A stretch of DNA of 32,000 nucleotides, taken from Moraxella nasovis. Its GTDB lineage: Bacteria; Pseudomonadota; Gammaproteobacteria; Pseudomonadales; Moraxellaceae. A program made the translations under genes and the position numbers. The stretch covers positions 270,001 through 302,000 of the forward strand of contig NZ_CP089976.1 in the NCBI RefSeq assembly GCF_022701215.1, written 5' to 3'. Below, in pieces: positions 20,519 through 28,148 of the stretch (the first letter of the stretch is position 1; each line of letters starts with the position of its first letter). Below the pieces are notes generated by a model. That model was not told the origin of the DNA, did not search any database, and saw only the letters and a program-made list of their open reading frames with translations.

Positions 20519-21288
20519 TAGTAATCTACCGTTAATGGTGGTGTATAACGACAAACTGAATTAGGCTGCGTGTAATTTACCCCCCATTTGCGATAGCCTT
20601 GGGTGTCTAAATGCAAAGCTCCTGTGGCATAAACACCTAGACCAAGCTGCCATTTTGCACCTTGCTCATGCCAAAATTGACACAGCATATCTTGAAGCTG
20701 CAGCATCTCACTGCTATTAGCGTCATAAGTTGGCACCCAAATATCAATAGCGGCATTCATGGTGTGCTTACTTGCCTTAGCACCGCCAGCACATTGATTT
20801 AACGCATGATTACGATACACCGAGCGAATCTTAGTACTAGGTGGCAAAATCCCAACTTGGCGTAATTCATGATACAGCTGAATGGTCGGTAAAATCTTAG
20901 CCCAAAGTTCAGTTGGTGGCACTTGATAAGGCTCGGCATTACATTCACGCCAAGAACGTGCTGTCGTCAGTAGATTATGTAAAGGCGGCACAGCTTTTGC
21001 ACTGCCAAGCTGAGTTGCAAGATAAGTCTGGTAGTGTATGACAGCATCTTTTTGATCGGGATGATCCTGCAGCCACTGCCAAAAATGCTCAGCACTACCG
21101 ACCATCTCATTATGCTTATCATGCTCATGGCTATGGCTATGGCTATGGTTATGATGGTCAAAGGTAGCCACTTCAAGATGGGTTGTTTTAGCCTGTACAG
21201 CAGACATCATTGACAATGCCATCAGCCCTGTTATTATTTGCGATACTCTTTGGGTTTTAAATTTTATCTGAAATTTACTTGATCGCAT
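20518..21288 (-). CDS. Secreted zinc peptidase of the M15 superfamily (YcbK/MepK-like fold) with a His-rich N-terminal tail
   Basis: The signal peptide is LMALSMMSAVQA. The His tract is DHHNHSHSHSHEHDKHNE. The H-x6-D metal motif is SKHTMNAAIDIW and the distal His is LGLGVYATGALHLD. Its TAA stop overlaps the ATG of the next ORF. Confidence 0.7.
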   Translation of the reverse strand: MRSSKFQIKFKTQRVSQIITGLMALSMMSAVQAKTTHLEVATFDHHNHSHSHSHEHDKHNEMVGSAEHFWQWLQDHPDQKDAVIHYQTYLATQLGSAKAVPPLHNLLTTARSWRECNAEPYQVPPTELWAKILPTIQLYHELRQVGILPPSTKIRSVYRNHALNQCAGGAKASKHTMNAAIDIWVPTYDANSSEMLQLQDMLCQFWHEQGAKWQLGLGVYATGALHLDTQGYRKWGVNYTQPNSVCRYTPPLTVDY

Positions 21289-21326
21289 ACCCTACCCCAT
21301 GACGAATCATCTTTAAAGATTGCTTT

Positions 21327-21335
21327 ATTATATCA
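21327..21335 (-). promoter_or_regulatory. Candidate extended -10 promoter (TGaTATAAT) for the M15 peptidase/psi-like pair
   Basis: The minus strand reads agaTGATATAAT. It ends 38 nt upstream of ATG 21288. Confidence 0.45.
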
Positions 21336-21350
21336 TCTTCTGCCCCAAAA

Positions 21351-21376
21351 CCTAAAATTGTGTGGCAAATTTTAGG
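21351..21376. other. Perfect 9-bp inverted repeat CCTAAAATT-N8-AATTTTAGG (candidate operator)
   Basis: This is a direct read. The repeat is centred about 30 nt upstream of the candidate -10, in the -35 region of the minus-strand promoter. Confidence 0.4.
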
Positions 21377-21713
21377 CTTAATTTTACAGCTAATAAATGT
21401 CGAATAATCCACTCCTTTTGGCATTAATTTTAAGCAAAATCAACACTTTTTTATTTAAGTTGTTGTTTTTAAATTAAATTTATGCCTTGAAATTTAAAAA
21501 AATGGTGTTACTATATAAAGATTGGAATCATCCAATATATACTATGCCTTAAATTTAGATATTCTTAGTTGTTTTTAAACTTAAGGCACTTTAGTTTTAT
21601 TAAAATTATACGTCTTTTGACGGATAAGAAATACACCAAAACGCACATCTATCGTACAATGTGACGTAAAAGTTAACCATAACGCACAGTGCTTATGGTT
21701 ATGCGAGGTAGTA

Positions 21714-22286
21714 ATGAAAAAACATCTTAACTTTTTAAGTCTAGCTTTACTGACCGCTAGTCTTAGCCTACCAGCTCAGGCTAGTGATACAAATGAGAGC
21801 GACATTGATAAGGTTTTGAGTAAGCTTACCGAACAGTATGACAACGCATCAAGCCTTGTCAAGTCGGTTAGACAGCCTGCATCCTTGGCACTAAACAGTC
21901 CGCTTGTAAATAAGACTGATGTCGCTGTTAACGACTCAGAGCCTGTTTTAGAAAAACTAACAGCAGTGGCATCAAACACCGTAAAACGCTTTAAGCAAAC
22001 AGGCTTAGCATCTTGGTATGGTCGTCAGTTTCATGGTCGCAAGACTGCCAGTGGCGAACGCTTTGATATGAATGCCCTAACTGCTGCCCATCGCTCACTA
22101 CCACTTAACTGCTACATTAAAGTTACCAATAAAGACAACGGTAAGTCAGTTGTGGTAAAAGTGAATGATCGTGGTCCTTTCCATGGCAATCGTGTGCTTG
22201 ACTTATCTTATGGTGCTGCTAAAGCCATCGGCATTACCAGTAAAGGTGTGGGTAATGTCAGCATTGAGCGTGTTGATAAACCATAA
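21714..22286 (+). CDS. rlpA: Septal-ring lytic transglycosylase RlpA-family protein (DPBB domain, no SPOR domain)
   Basis: The signal peptide is LSLPAQA. The double-psi beta-barrel core is [43 protein letters not shown]...[11 protein letters not shown]. Confidence 0.88.
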   Translation: MKKHLNFLSLALLTASLSLPAQASDTNESDIDKVLSKLTEQYDNASSLVKSVRQPASLALNSPLVNKTDVAVNDSEPVLEKLTAVASNTVKRFKQTGLASWYGRQFHGRKTASGERFDMNALTAAHRSLPLNCYIKVTNKDNGKSVVVKVNDRGPFHGNRVLDLSYGAAKAIGITSKGVGNVSIERVDKP

Positions 22287-22333
22287 TCTTCAAAAAAAAA
22301 ATACACCTAACTAAGCACATCACAGGTCCAATT

Positions 22334-22361
22334 AAAAAACCAACCGATCGGTTGGTTTTTT
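22334..22361. terminator. Bidirectional rho-independent terminator between rlpA and the ABC ATPase gene
   Basis: The perfect palindrome AAAAAACCAACCGATCGGTTGGTTTTTT is present. Confidence 0.85.
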
Positions 22362-22391
22362 AATTGCACTTATCACAATTTAGATAACATC

Positions 22392-23138
22392 TTAGGATAA
22401 TGCTTGTAGCAGCTCTTGTTTTAATCTTAAATATGCCGAACTTTGAGTAAAATTTGGCATATCTGGCACATCAAAACAAGCAGTAAAAGTTGCAGGTTTA
22501 CCCTTAAGTACATAGATACGACTTGCTAATGCAATCGCCTCATCAATATCATGCGTAATCATCAAGCAAGCTAAACTTGCCTTTTGGCGAAAATCATCAA
22601 ACCAAATATGCATTGCCGATTTTGTCATAAAATCAAGAGCAGAAAACGGCTCATCAAGCAACATAACACCATCATTACTCAGATAGGTTCTTAGCAATGC
22701 AGCACGCTGTCTTTGACCTCCTGAAAGCTGACTTGGATATTTTAGCTCTTGCCCCACCAAGCCAAACTCCGCGAGCTTTGGCATAATGTGCTGAGCGATT
22801 TGCACCTTTGACATTTTTGCCAAAACTAGGGGTAAAGCGATATTGTCATAAACAGTCTTAAAGGGTAAGAGCAAATCTTTTTGGAGCATATAGCCCACAT
22901 GACCTGGCTTGCCTGTCACGTCCATGCCATGAATAAAAACTCTGCCTGATGTCGGCATTAATAACCCTGCTGCGATATTAAATAACGTTGTCTTGCCCAC
23001 GCCACTTGCCCCAACGATGGCAACAACGTCGCCTTCGTCAATGGATAAGTTAAGCCCATGCAATAGTTCATCACCATCAAATGTGTGGTGAATATCCACC
23101 AAGCTGAGCTTTTTAGGTGGCAGATTTATCGTACTCAT
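22392..23138 (-). CDS. ABC transporter ATP-binding protein (NitT/TauT family, ThiZ-like)
   Basis: Walker A is GASGVGKTT, the signature is LSGGQRQR and Walker B is MLLDEPFSALD. It lies downstream of the riboswitch-controlled binding-protein gene. Confidence 0.9.
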   Translation of the reverse strand: MSTINLPPKKLSLVDIHHTFDGDELLHGLNLSIDEGDVVAIVGASGVGKTTLFNIAAGLLMPTSGRVFIHGMDVTGKPGHVGYMLQKDLLLPFKTVYDNIALPLVLAKMSKVQIAQHIMPKLAEFGLVGQELKYPSQLSGGQRQRAALLRTYLSNDGVMLLDEPFSALDFMTKSAMHIWFDDFRQKASLACLMITHDIDEAIALASRIYVLKGKPATFTACFDVPDMPNFTQSSAYLRLKQELLQALS

Positions 23139-23176
23139 TTATGCACAGCCATCAAGTTAGCATTTATAAGCCCATG

Positions 23177-24169
23177 TTATTTTTGCTCAGCGGGCAGGTA
23201 ATCATTGGTCACGCCTGCTTGGGGCATAAATGGTTTTTTAACCAGTCCTTGGGCATACACCCAATCAAAGAAACGATCCCAGCGATCATAATCAAAACGA
23301 CCCCAATCGCCCTTCTCATCTAGATATTGTGCACTCATGTACTTTTGGCTAGCATGTGCAAGCTCTTTATTGGTTTCTGGTGCATGCTTTAATAGAATAT
23401 CTGCACTTTTTTCTGGATTTTTAGCGGCGTATAGATAGCCATCCTTAATGGCACTAAGTGCTTTTTTATATTTTTCTGGGTTTTTAGTCAGTTCATCGCT
23501 ATTTGCAATTAGCACAGGAGCATAATAGTCAAACACAGGATCAGCATCTTTTAAATAAAAGAAATTCGTATCCACGCCTTTAAGCTCTGAATGAATGCCA
23601 TCCCAGCTGTAATATGCCAGCAAATAATCAAACTGACCTAATCGTAATGCTGAAGTTGCATCAGTGCTCTCACCTGGCACAGGATTTAACGGCGCACCAA
23701 CAATACTTGCCACAGTCGCATCGTCCACAGGATCTTCCCAAGTAGAATATCGCTTGCCATGCAAATCCTTTGGCGATGTCGCACCTAGAGATTTAAGCGA
23801 CATCAATCCTACGCTGTTATGCTGAGCAATCGCTGCTACAGCGGTGATAGGCTCGCCCTTATTGAGACGTTTTACCATATTTGGCTGAAAATACACGCCC
23901 AAATCTGCACGCCCACTTGACACAAGCGTTGATGAGCTATCCTCTGATGGCTGTACGATTTTTGCCTCAAAGCCTTGTTTAGCAAAATACCCTTGATCTA
24001 ATGCCACATACAGCCCAGTATGGTTGGTGTTTGGCACCCAGTCAAGGGCAATGATCAAGGGTTCAGCCTGTTGAGTGGTATCGCTACTTTTGACAGGTGG
24101 CTTACACCCTACAAGCAATAAGCCTGCTGTCAAAACCGCGACAAATTTATTTGCAAATGTCATTTGCAT
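23177..24169 (-). CDS. thiY: NMT1/THI5-like substrate-binding lipoprotein (ThiY-type, thiamine pyrimidine-precursor binding)
   Basis: The lipobox is LLVGC. The NMT1-type block is ALDWVPNTNHTGLYVALDQGYFAKQGF...GRADLGV. A TPP riboswitch lies directly upstream. Confidence 0.8.
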   Translation of the reverse strand: MQMTFANKFVAVLTAGLLLVGCKPPVKSSDTTQQAEPLIIALDWVPNTNHTGLYVALDQGYFAKQGFEAKIVQPSEDSSSTLVSSGRADLGVYFQPNMVKRLNKGEPITAVAAIAQHNSVGLMSLKSLGATSPKDLHGKRYSTWEDPVDDATVASIVGAPLNPVPGESTDATSALRLGQFDYLLAYYSWDGIHSELKGVDTNFFYLKDADPVFDYYAPVLIANSDELTKNPEKYKKALSAIKDGYLYAAKNPEKSADILLKHAPETNKELAHASQKYMSAQYLDEKGDWGRFDYDRWDRFFDWVYAQGLVKKPFMPQAGVTNDYLPAEQK

Positions 24170-24254
24170 AAGTTACTCCGATTTAAAGCGTCTAAAAAGA
24201 CGACAATTTAGAATAAAGCTAACAGCAATCTGACATAAGCCAAAAAAAAATAGA

Positions 24255-24346
24255 TTAATCATAAGTTTCCTACGCCAGTATTAACTGTATCAGGTTCACG
24301 GGTATCATCTCAGCTTTTTTGTATAATTTAAAAAGCACCCCGACTA
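24255..24346 (-). promoter_or_regulatory. TPP (THI-box) riboswitch
   Basis: The minus strand reads GTCGGGGTGC-TTTTTaaattatacAAAAAAG-CTGAGATGATACCCGTGAACCTGATACAGTTAATACTGGCGTAGGAAAC. It contains the conserved GGGGUGC, CUGAGA, ACCC, GAACCUGAU and GGCGUAGGAA blocks and a P3 hairpin. A U9 run (24242-24250) and a small hairpin follow. I could not resolve the expression platform. Confidence 0.88.
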
Positions 24347-24353
24347 TTTTTAC

Positions 24354-24382
24354 AGTATAGATAATTAATAAAAACTTTGCAA
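24354..24382 (-). promoter_or_regulatory. Sigma70 promoter TTGCAA-17-TATACT driving the TPP riboswitch and thiY
   Basis: The -35 box is at 24377-24382 and the -10 box at 24354-24359, with a spacer of exactly 17 nt. The predicted start is a few nt before the riboswitch 5' end. Confidence 0.65.
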
Positions 24383-24383
24383 C

Positions 24384-24482
24384 GCTTTTATTAAGCTTTT
24401 ATTAAGCTTTTATTAAGCTTTTATTAAGCTTTTATTAAGCTTTTATTAAGCTTTTATTAAGCTTTTATTAAGCTTTTATTAA
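24384..24482. repeat. Perfect tandem array, 9 copies of the 11-bp unit GCTTTTATTAA
   Basis: This is a direct read: 9 identical units with no interruptions. Each junction forms AAGCTT. The array lies between the permease stop (24490) and the -35 box (24382). Confidence 0.98.
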
Positions 24483-24489
24483 TAACTGA

Positions 24490-25233
24490 TTATTTTACAT
24501 AGTAATATCTTAAGACACGCCTTTCGATAAGCTTTATCAAAGCAATTAACATCAACGTCAAAACACTAATAAAAAATATCACCGCAAACATATTATCAAG
24601 CTCATAGGACTTTCTTACTCGAGTCATATAAACACCAAGCCCATGATAACCGCCCAACCACTCAGCAATCACCGCCGAAATTAACGCATAAGATAAGGCA
24701 ACTTTTAACCCCGTAAAAAAATAACCCATCGCAGAAGGGATTTTTAAGTGGCGATACAGCTGGTATTTTGTGGCTTTTAATGATTGAAATAAATTAAGCT
24801 GTTCTTTTTGGATTGAGTTAAAGCCATCAAGCAGTGCGATTGTCATTGGAAAAAATACCGACAATACCACCAAAACCACCTTTGGTAAAATACCATAACC
24901 AAGCCAAATCACCAAAAGCGGAGCTATAGCAATGGTAGGTATGGTCTGATTTAATAACAAAACAGGATAAGTCAGCTCTTTAAAAATTTTAGATAAATCC
25001 ATCAAAATCGCTAAAACAAAACTTAATATAAGTCCAATCACCACACCTAAAAACGCTGTCCATAGCGTATATTTGGCATGCATGCCCAGCAATGCAATAT
25101 CATCAATAAATGCCCAAATAATCTGCCAAGGAGAAGGCAGTAGATAATCTGGCACTAAGCCAAATCCCACCACTGCCTGCCACATGATGAGTAATAAAAA
25201 TACCAAACTATGCTGTTTTAGGTGGCGTATCAT
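24490..25233 (-). CDS. ABC transporter permease (NitT/TauT family, ThiX-like)
   Basis: The 247-aa ORF encodes a multi-TM protein. The N-terminal LVPDYLLPSP motif is typical of this permease family. Its ATG lies 10 nt after the radA stop. Confidence 0.85.
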   Translation of the reverse strand: MIRHLKQHSLVFLLLIMWQAVVGFGLVPDYLLPSPWQIIWAFIDDIALLGMHAKYTLWTAFLGVVIGLILSFVLAILMDLSKIFKELTYPVLLLNQTIPTIAIAPLLVIWLGYGILPKVVLVVLSVFFPMTIALLDGFNSIQKEQLNLFQSLKATKYQLYRHLKIPSAMGYFFTGLKVALSYALISAVIAEWLGGYHGLGVYMTRVRKSYELDNMFAVIFFISVLTLMLIALIKLIERRVLRYYYVK

Positions 25234-25243
25234 CTAGCGTGCC

Positions 25244-26656
25244 TTAAAATAATTCAAATGCCTTAGCAAGAGCATCATCGAGACGATCGACAGCGATGAC
25301 GTGAATGCCGCCAAACATCGTTTGGTCTTTTGGGGCATTCGCCTTAGGAATGATGGCATGAGTAAAGCCGTGCTTACTGGCTTCTTTTAAACGCTCTTGA
25401 CCGTTAGGCACAGGACGAATCTCACCGCTCAGCCCCACTTCTCCAAACACGGCAAGGCGTGGCGGCAATGCTTTAGCACGCAAGCTTGATGCACAAGCAA
25501 GTAACACCGCTAAGTCTGAGCCTGTCTCCATAACTTTAACACCGCCGACGACATTGACGTACACATCCTGCCCACTCGTGTGAATGCCACCATGGCGGTG
25601 CATGACAGCCAGTAACATGGCTAAACGCTGATAATCAAGCCCTAAAGCCATACGTCTTGACTGCCCATGACTGTCATCAACAAGGGCTTGCACCTCCACG
25701 AGCAGTGGGCGTGTACCTTCACGGCTCACCATCACCACCGAGCCTGCGATGGGTTTTTCATAACGACTTAAAAAAATCGCAGATGGATTAGCCACTTCCT
25801 TAAGCCCTGTATCAGTCATGCCAAAAATACCAAGCTCATTGACTGCACCAAAGCGGTTCTTGACTGCACGAATCATACGAAAGCGACTGTCACTCTCACC
25901 CTCAAAATACAACACCGTATCTACCATGTGCTCTAGTACTCTAGGGCCAGCAAGCGAGCCTTCTTTGGTAACATGACCAACAAGAAATAAGGCGGTTCCC
26001 GTCTGCTTGGCAAAACGAGTCAGCATGGCAGCAGACTCTCTAATCTGTGCCACGCCACCGGGAGCAGACTGTATCGCCTCTGTGTATAACGTCTGAATAG
26101 AATCTATCACCGCAACAGCTGGCTGTTCGCTGGTTAAGGCTGCACAAATGGTCTCAACATTCGTCTCAGCAAGCACACGCAAGCGATCGGTCGGTAGGCA
26201 CAGACGCTTGGCACGCATAGCGACCTGAGATAAGCTTTCTTCACCTGTGATGTATAACGCTGAACCTGCTAAGCTATCAATCGCTGCCATGTTAATGGCG
26301 GTTTGTAATAGTATCGTAGATTTACCAATACCTGGGTCTCCACCAATTAGCACCACAGAACCTGCTACAAGCCCGCCACCAAGCACACGATCAAACTCAC
26401 TAATCCCTGTCGGCATACGAGTCTCAAGTGTAACACCCACTTCATCAAGGCTCATCACCCCACTGACTGCACCAGCATAGTTTGTCACCTTGGTGCTGGC
26501 ACTACCAGAAGTTGATTTAGCGGTGCGATGGTGTGGCATGGCGATGTTCGGTGCTTCTATCAGCGTGTTCCACTCGCCACAGTCGGTGCATTGCCCTGAC
26601 CATTTGCCATAATTTGCACCGCATGACTGGCAGACATAGCTTGATTTTTTTGCCAT
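25244..26656 (-). CDS. radA: DNA repair protein RadA (Sms)
   Basis: An N-terminal Zn ribbon is present (CQSCGANYGKWSGQCTDCGEWNT). Walker A is GGDPGIGKST, the KNRFG motif is present, and there is a Lon-like C-terminal domain. Confidence 0.96.
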   Translation of the reverse strand: MAKKSSYVCQSCGANYGKWSGQCTDCGEWNTLIEAPNIAMPHHRTAKSTSGSASTKVTNYAGAVSGVMSLDEVGVTLETRMPTGISEFDRVLGGGLVAGSVVLIGGDPGIGKSTILLQTAINMAAIDSLAGSALYITGEESLSQVAMRAKRLCLPTDRLRVLAETNVETICAALTSEQPAVAVIDSIQTLYTEAIQSAPGGVAQIRESAAMLTRFAKQTGTALFLVGHVTKEGSLAGPRVLEHMVDTVLYFEGESDSRFRMIRAVKNRFGAVNELGIFGMTDTGLKEVANPSAIFLSRYEKPIAGSVVMVSREGTRPLLVEVQALVDDSHGQSRRMALGLDYQRLAMLLAVMHRHGGIHTSGQDVYVNVVGGVKVMETGSDLAVLLACASSLRAKALPPRLAVFGEVGLSGEIRPVPNGQERLKEASKHGFTHAIIPKANAPKDQTMFGGIHVIAVDRLDDALAKAFELF

Positions 26657-26723
26657 GAAATAGCTCGCTTAATACGTCAATGACTTAACTTAAAACATCA
26701 ATGCAGGCTTTTACGCTATCGCC

Positions 26724-27842
26724 TTACTCACCTTTTACCCTTGCTACTTGTTTGGCAAACTCATCACGGTAGTCAAGCAATTCTTCACAAGTAATCGCAA
26801 ACACACCACTACCGCCTTTTTCAAACTCTAACCAATCAAATTGGATATTCGGATAAGCTTGGCGTAAATGCCATTCGCTATCGCCCACTTCGCACACCAA
26901 AAGCCCATCACGGGTGAGATAATCTGGTGCATCGTGTAAAATTTGATGCACCAAATCTAAGCCGTCTTGTCCTGCTGCTAATGCATGCTCAGGCTCGTGC
27001 AAAAACTCAGGCGGTAGCTCTGCCATCGCTGCTGAATCCACATAAGGCGGATTTGTGACAATCAGCTCATACTGATTTTCAGCAGGGATTTTAAAAAATA
27101 AATCTGATTCTATAAGCGTAACTTGATGTGCCAAATCATGATGCTCAACATTCGTCCATGCCACTTCTAGTGCGTCCTTATCAATATCAGCAGCATCGAC
27201 AGTTGCATCAGCAAATACAGTCGCCAAAGCAATGGCAATACAGCCTGAACCTGTACATAGATCTAATATTCTTTCAGGTGGTGCAAGCTGCAACTCTCTT
27301 AGACCATGCTCAAAGAATTGGGCTTTTTTGGCATCATCAACATCAAAATAAGGATAAAAACGCTGATTAATCAGCTCAGCAATTGCCGAGCGTGGAATCA
27401 GCACACGCTCATCAACATAAAATGGCAAGTTACAAAAATACGCCAAGTTAATCAGATAGCTAAGTGGCTTACGCTGAATGATTCGTTCAGAAAGCAAGGT
27501 TAATACTGCACGCTTTTCAGCTTGGGTTAAGCGGCAGTCTAAGATTTGCTCATCTGCTGACCATGTTAAATGCAAAGAATGTAAGACAATAGCAGCGCTT
27601 TCTGCAAATTCATCTGTTGTTCCTTGGGCGACTACCACGTCATATTGGCGTAACTTCGTCACACAAAAGCGAATAAAATCACGGATACTAATCAGGTTTT
27701 CTTCAGCCTGAGCCAAATCTTGATACAGCTCAGCAATGTCCGCTTGGGTTATCGCCTCGTTACCCTCTTCTAAAAAATACTCAAACTCTTGTTCTTGCAA
27801 CTCGTCATCATATGAATTTACTTCGTTAATCTGCGTCATCAT
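26724..27842 (-). CDS. prmB: 50S ribosomal protein L3 glutamine N5-methyltransferase PrmB
   Basis: The ORF is collinear with E. coli PrmB (YVDERVLIPRS, DLCTGSGCIAIA, VTNPPYV, LVCEVGDS, FDWLEFEKGGSGVF). It carries an extra acidic N-terminal extension of about 45 aa. Confidence 0.9.
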   Translation of the reverse strand: MMTQINEVNSYDDELQEQEFEYFLEEGNEAITQADIAELYQDLAQAEENLISIRDFIRFCVTKLRQYDVVVAQGTTDEFAESAAIVLHSLHLTWSADEQILDCRLTQAEKRAVLTLLSERIIQRKPLSYLINLAYFCNLPFYVDERVLIPRSAIAELINQRFYPYFDVDDAKKAQFFEHGLRELQLAPPERILDLCTGSGCIAIALATVFADATVDAADIDKDALEVAWTNVEHHDLAHQVTLIESDLFFKIPAENQYELIVTNPPYVDSAAMAELPPEFLHEPEHALAAGQDGLDLVHQILHDAPDYLTRDGLLVCEVGDSEWHLRQAYPNIQFDWLEFEKGGSGVFAITCEELLDYRDEFAKQVARVKGE

Positions 27843-27884
27843 TCGCCCTTATTTTTGGTATCAATGTATCGTTATTTTAGCACA

Positions 27885-27893
27885 ATTATGCCA
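27885..27893 (-). promoter_or_regulatory. Candidate extended -10 promoter (TGgCATAAT) for prmB
   Basis: The minus strand reads tttTGGCATAAT. It ends 42 nt upstream of ATG 27842. Confidence 0.35.
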
Positions 27894-28148
27894 AAATTTT
27901 GCTTTCTGATTGGTTTTATGATAAAAAATTGCTAAACTATATAATGTGTTGAACTTTTGTATTTGCCATGAAAAATAAAGAAAAATCACATATTTTTTCA
28001 AGCAAAAAAGGCAAGTCTAATATTTGCATCAGACAAGTTTTAAAAAACCAAAGCACTTAATCATTAAAGTTGATTTTAACTTAACCAATTAAGTGGTAGA
28101 GTAGCTATTTTTCATATAAAACGCTTAACATATGATAAAATGATTTTT

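Noticed and set aside
21397-21477. A 26-codon hydrophobic mini-ORF (MSNNPLLLALILSKINTFLFKLLFLN) lies in the rlpA upstream region. I considered it as a possible type I toxin-like peptide.
   Set aside because: It has no SD, and its L/F/I/K/N-rich composition is expected by chance in AT-rich DNA. No obvious antisense promoter or partner is present. It would be worth revisiting only if RNA-seq shows a transcript.
24242-24262. I considered an intrinsic terminator as the expression platform of the TPP riboswitch, based on the U9 run right after the aptamer.
   Set aside because: I could not find a convincing GC-rich stem preceding the U-run, and only the GATTAATC palindrome is there. The mechanism (transcriptional or translational) is therefore left unresolved rather than called.
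24384-24482. I considered the 11-bp repeat array as a possible CRISPR array or a coding minisatellite.
   Set aside because: The units are directly abutting with no spacers, the unit is far too short for a CRISPR repeat, and no cas genes are present. The array lies outside any ORF, between a stop codon and a promoter.
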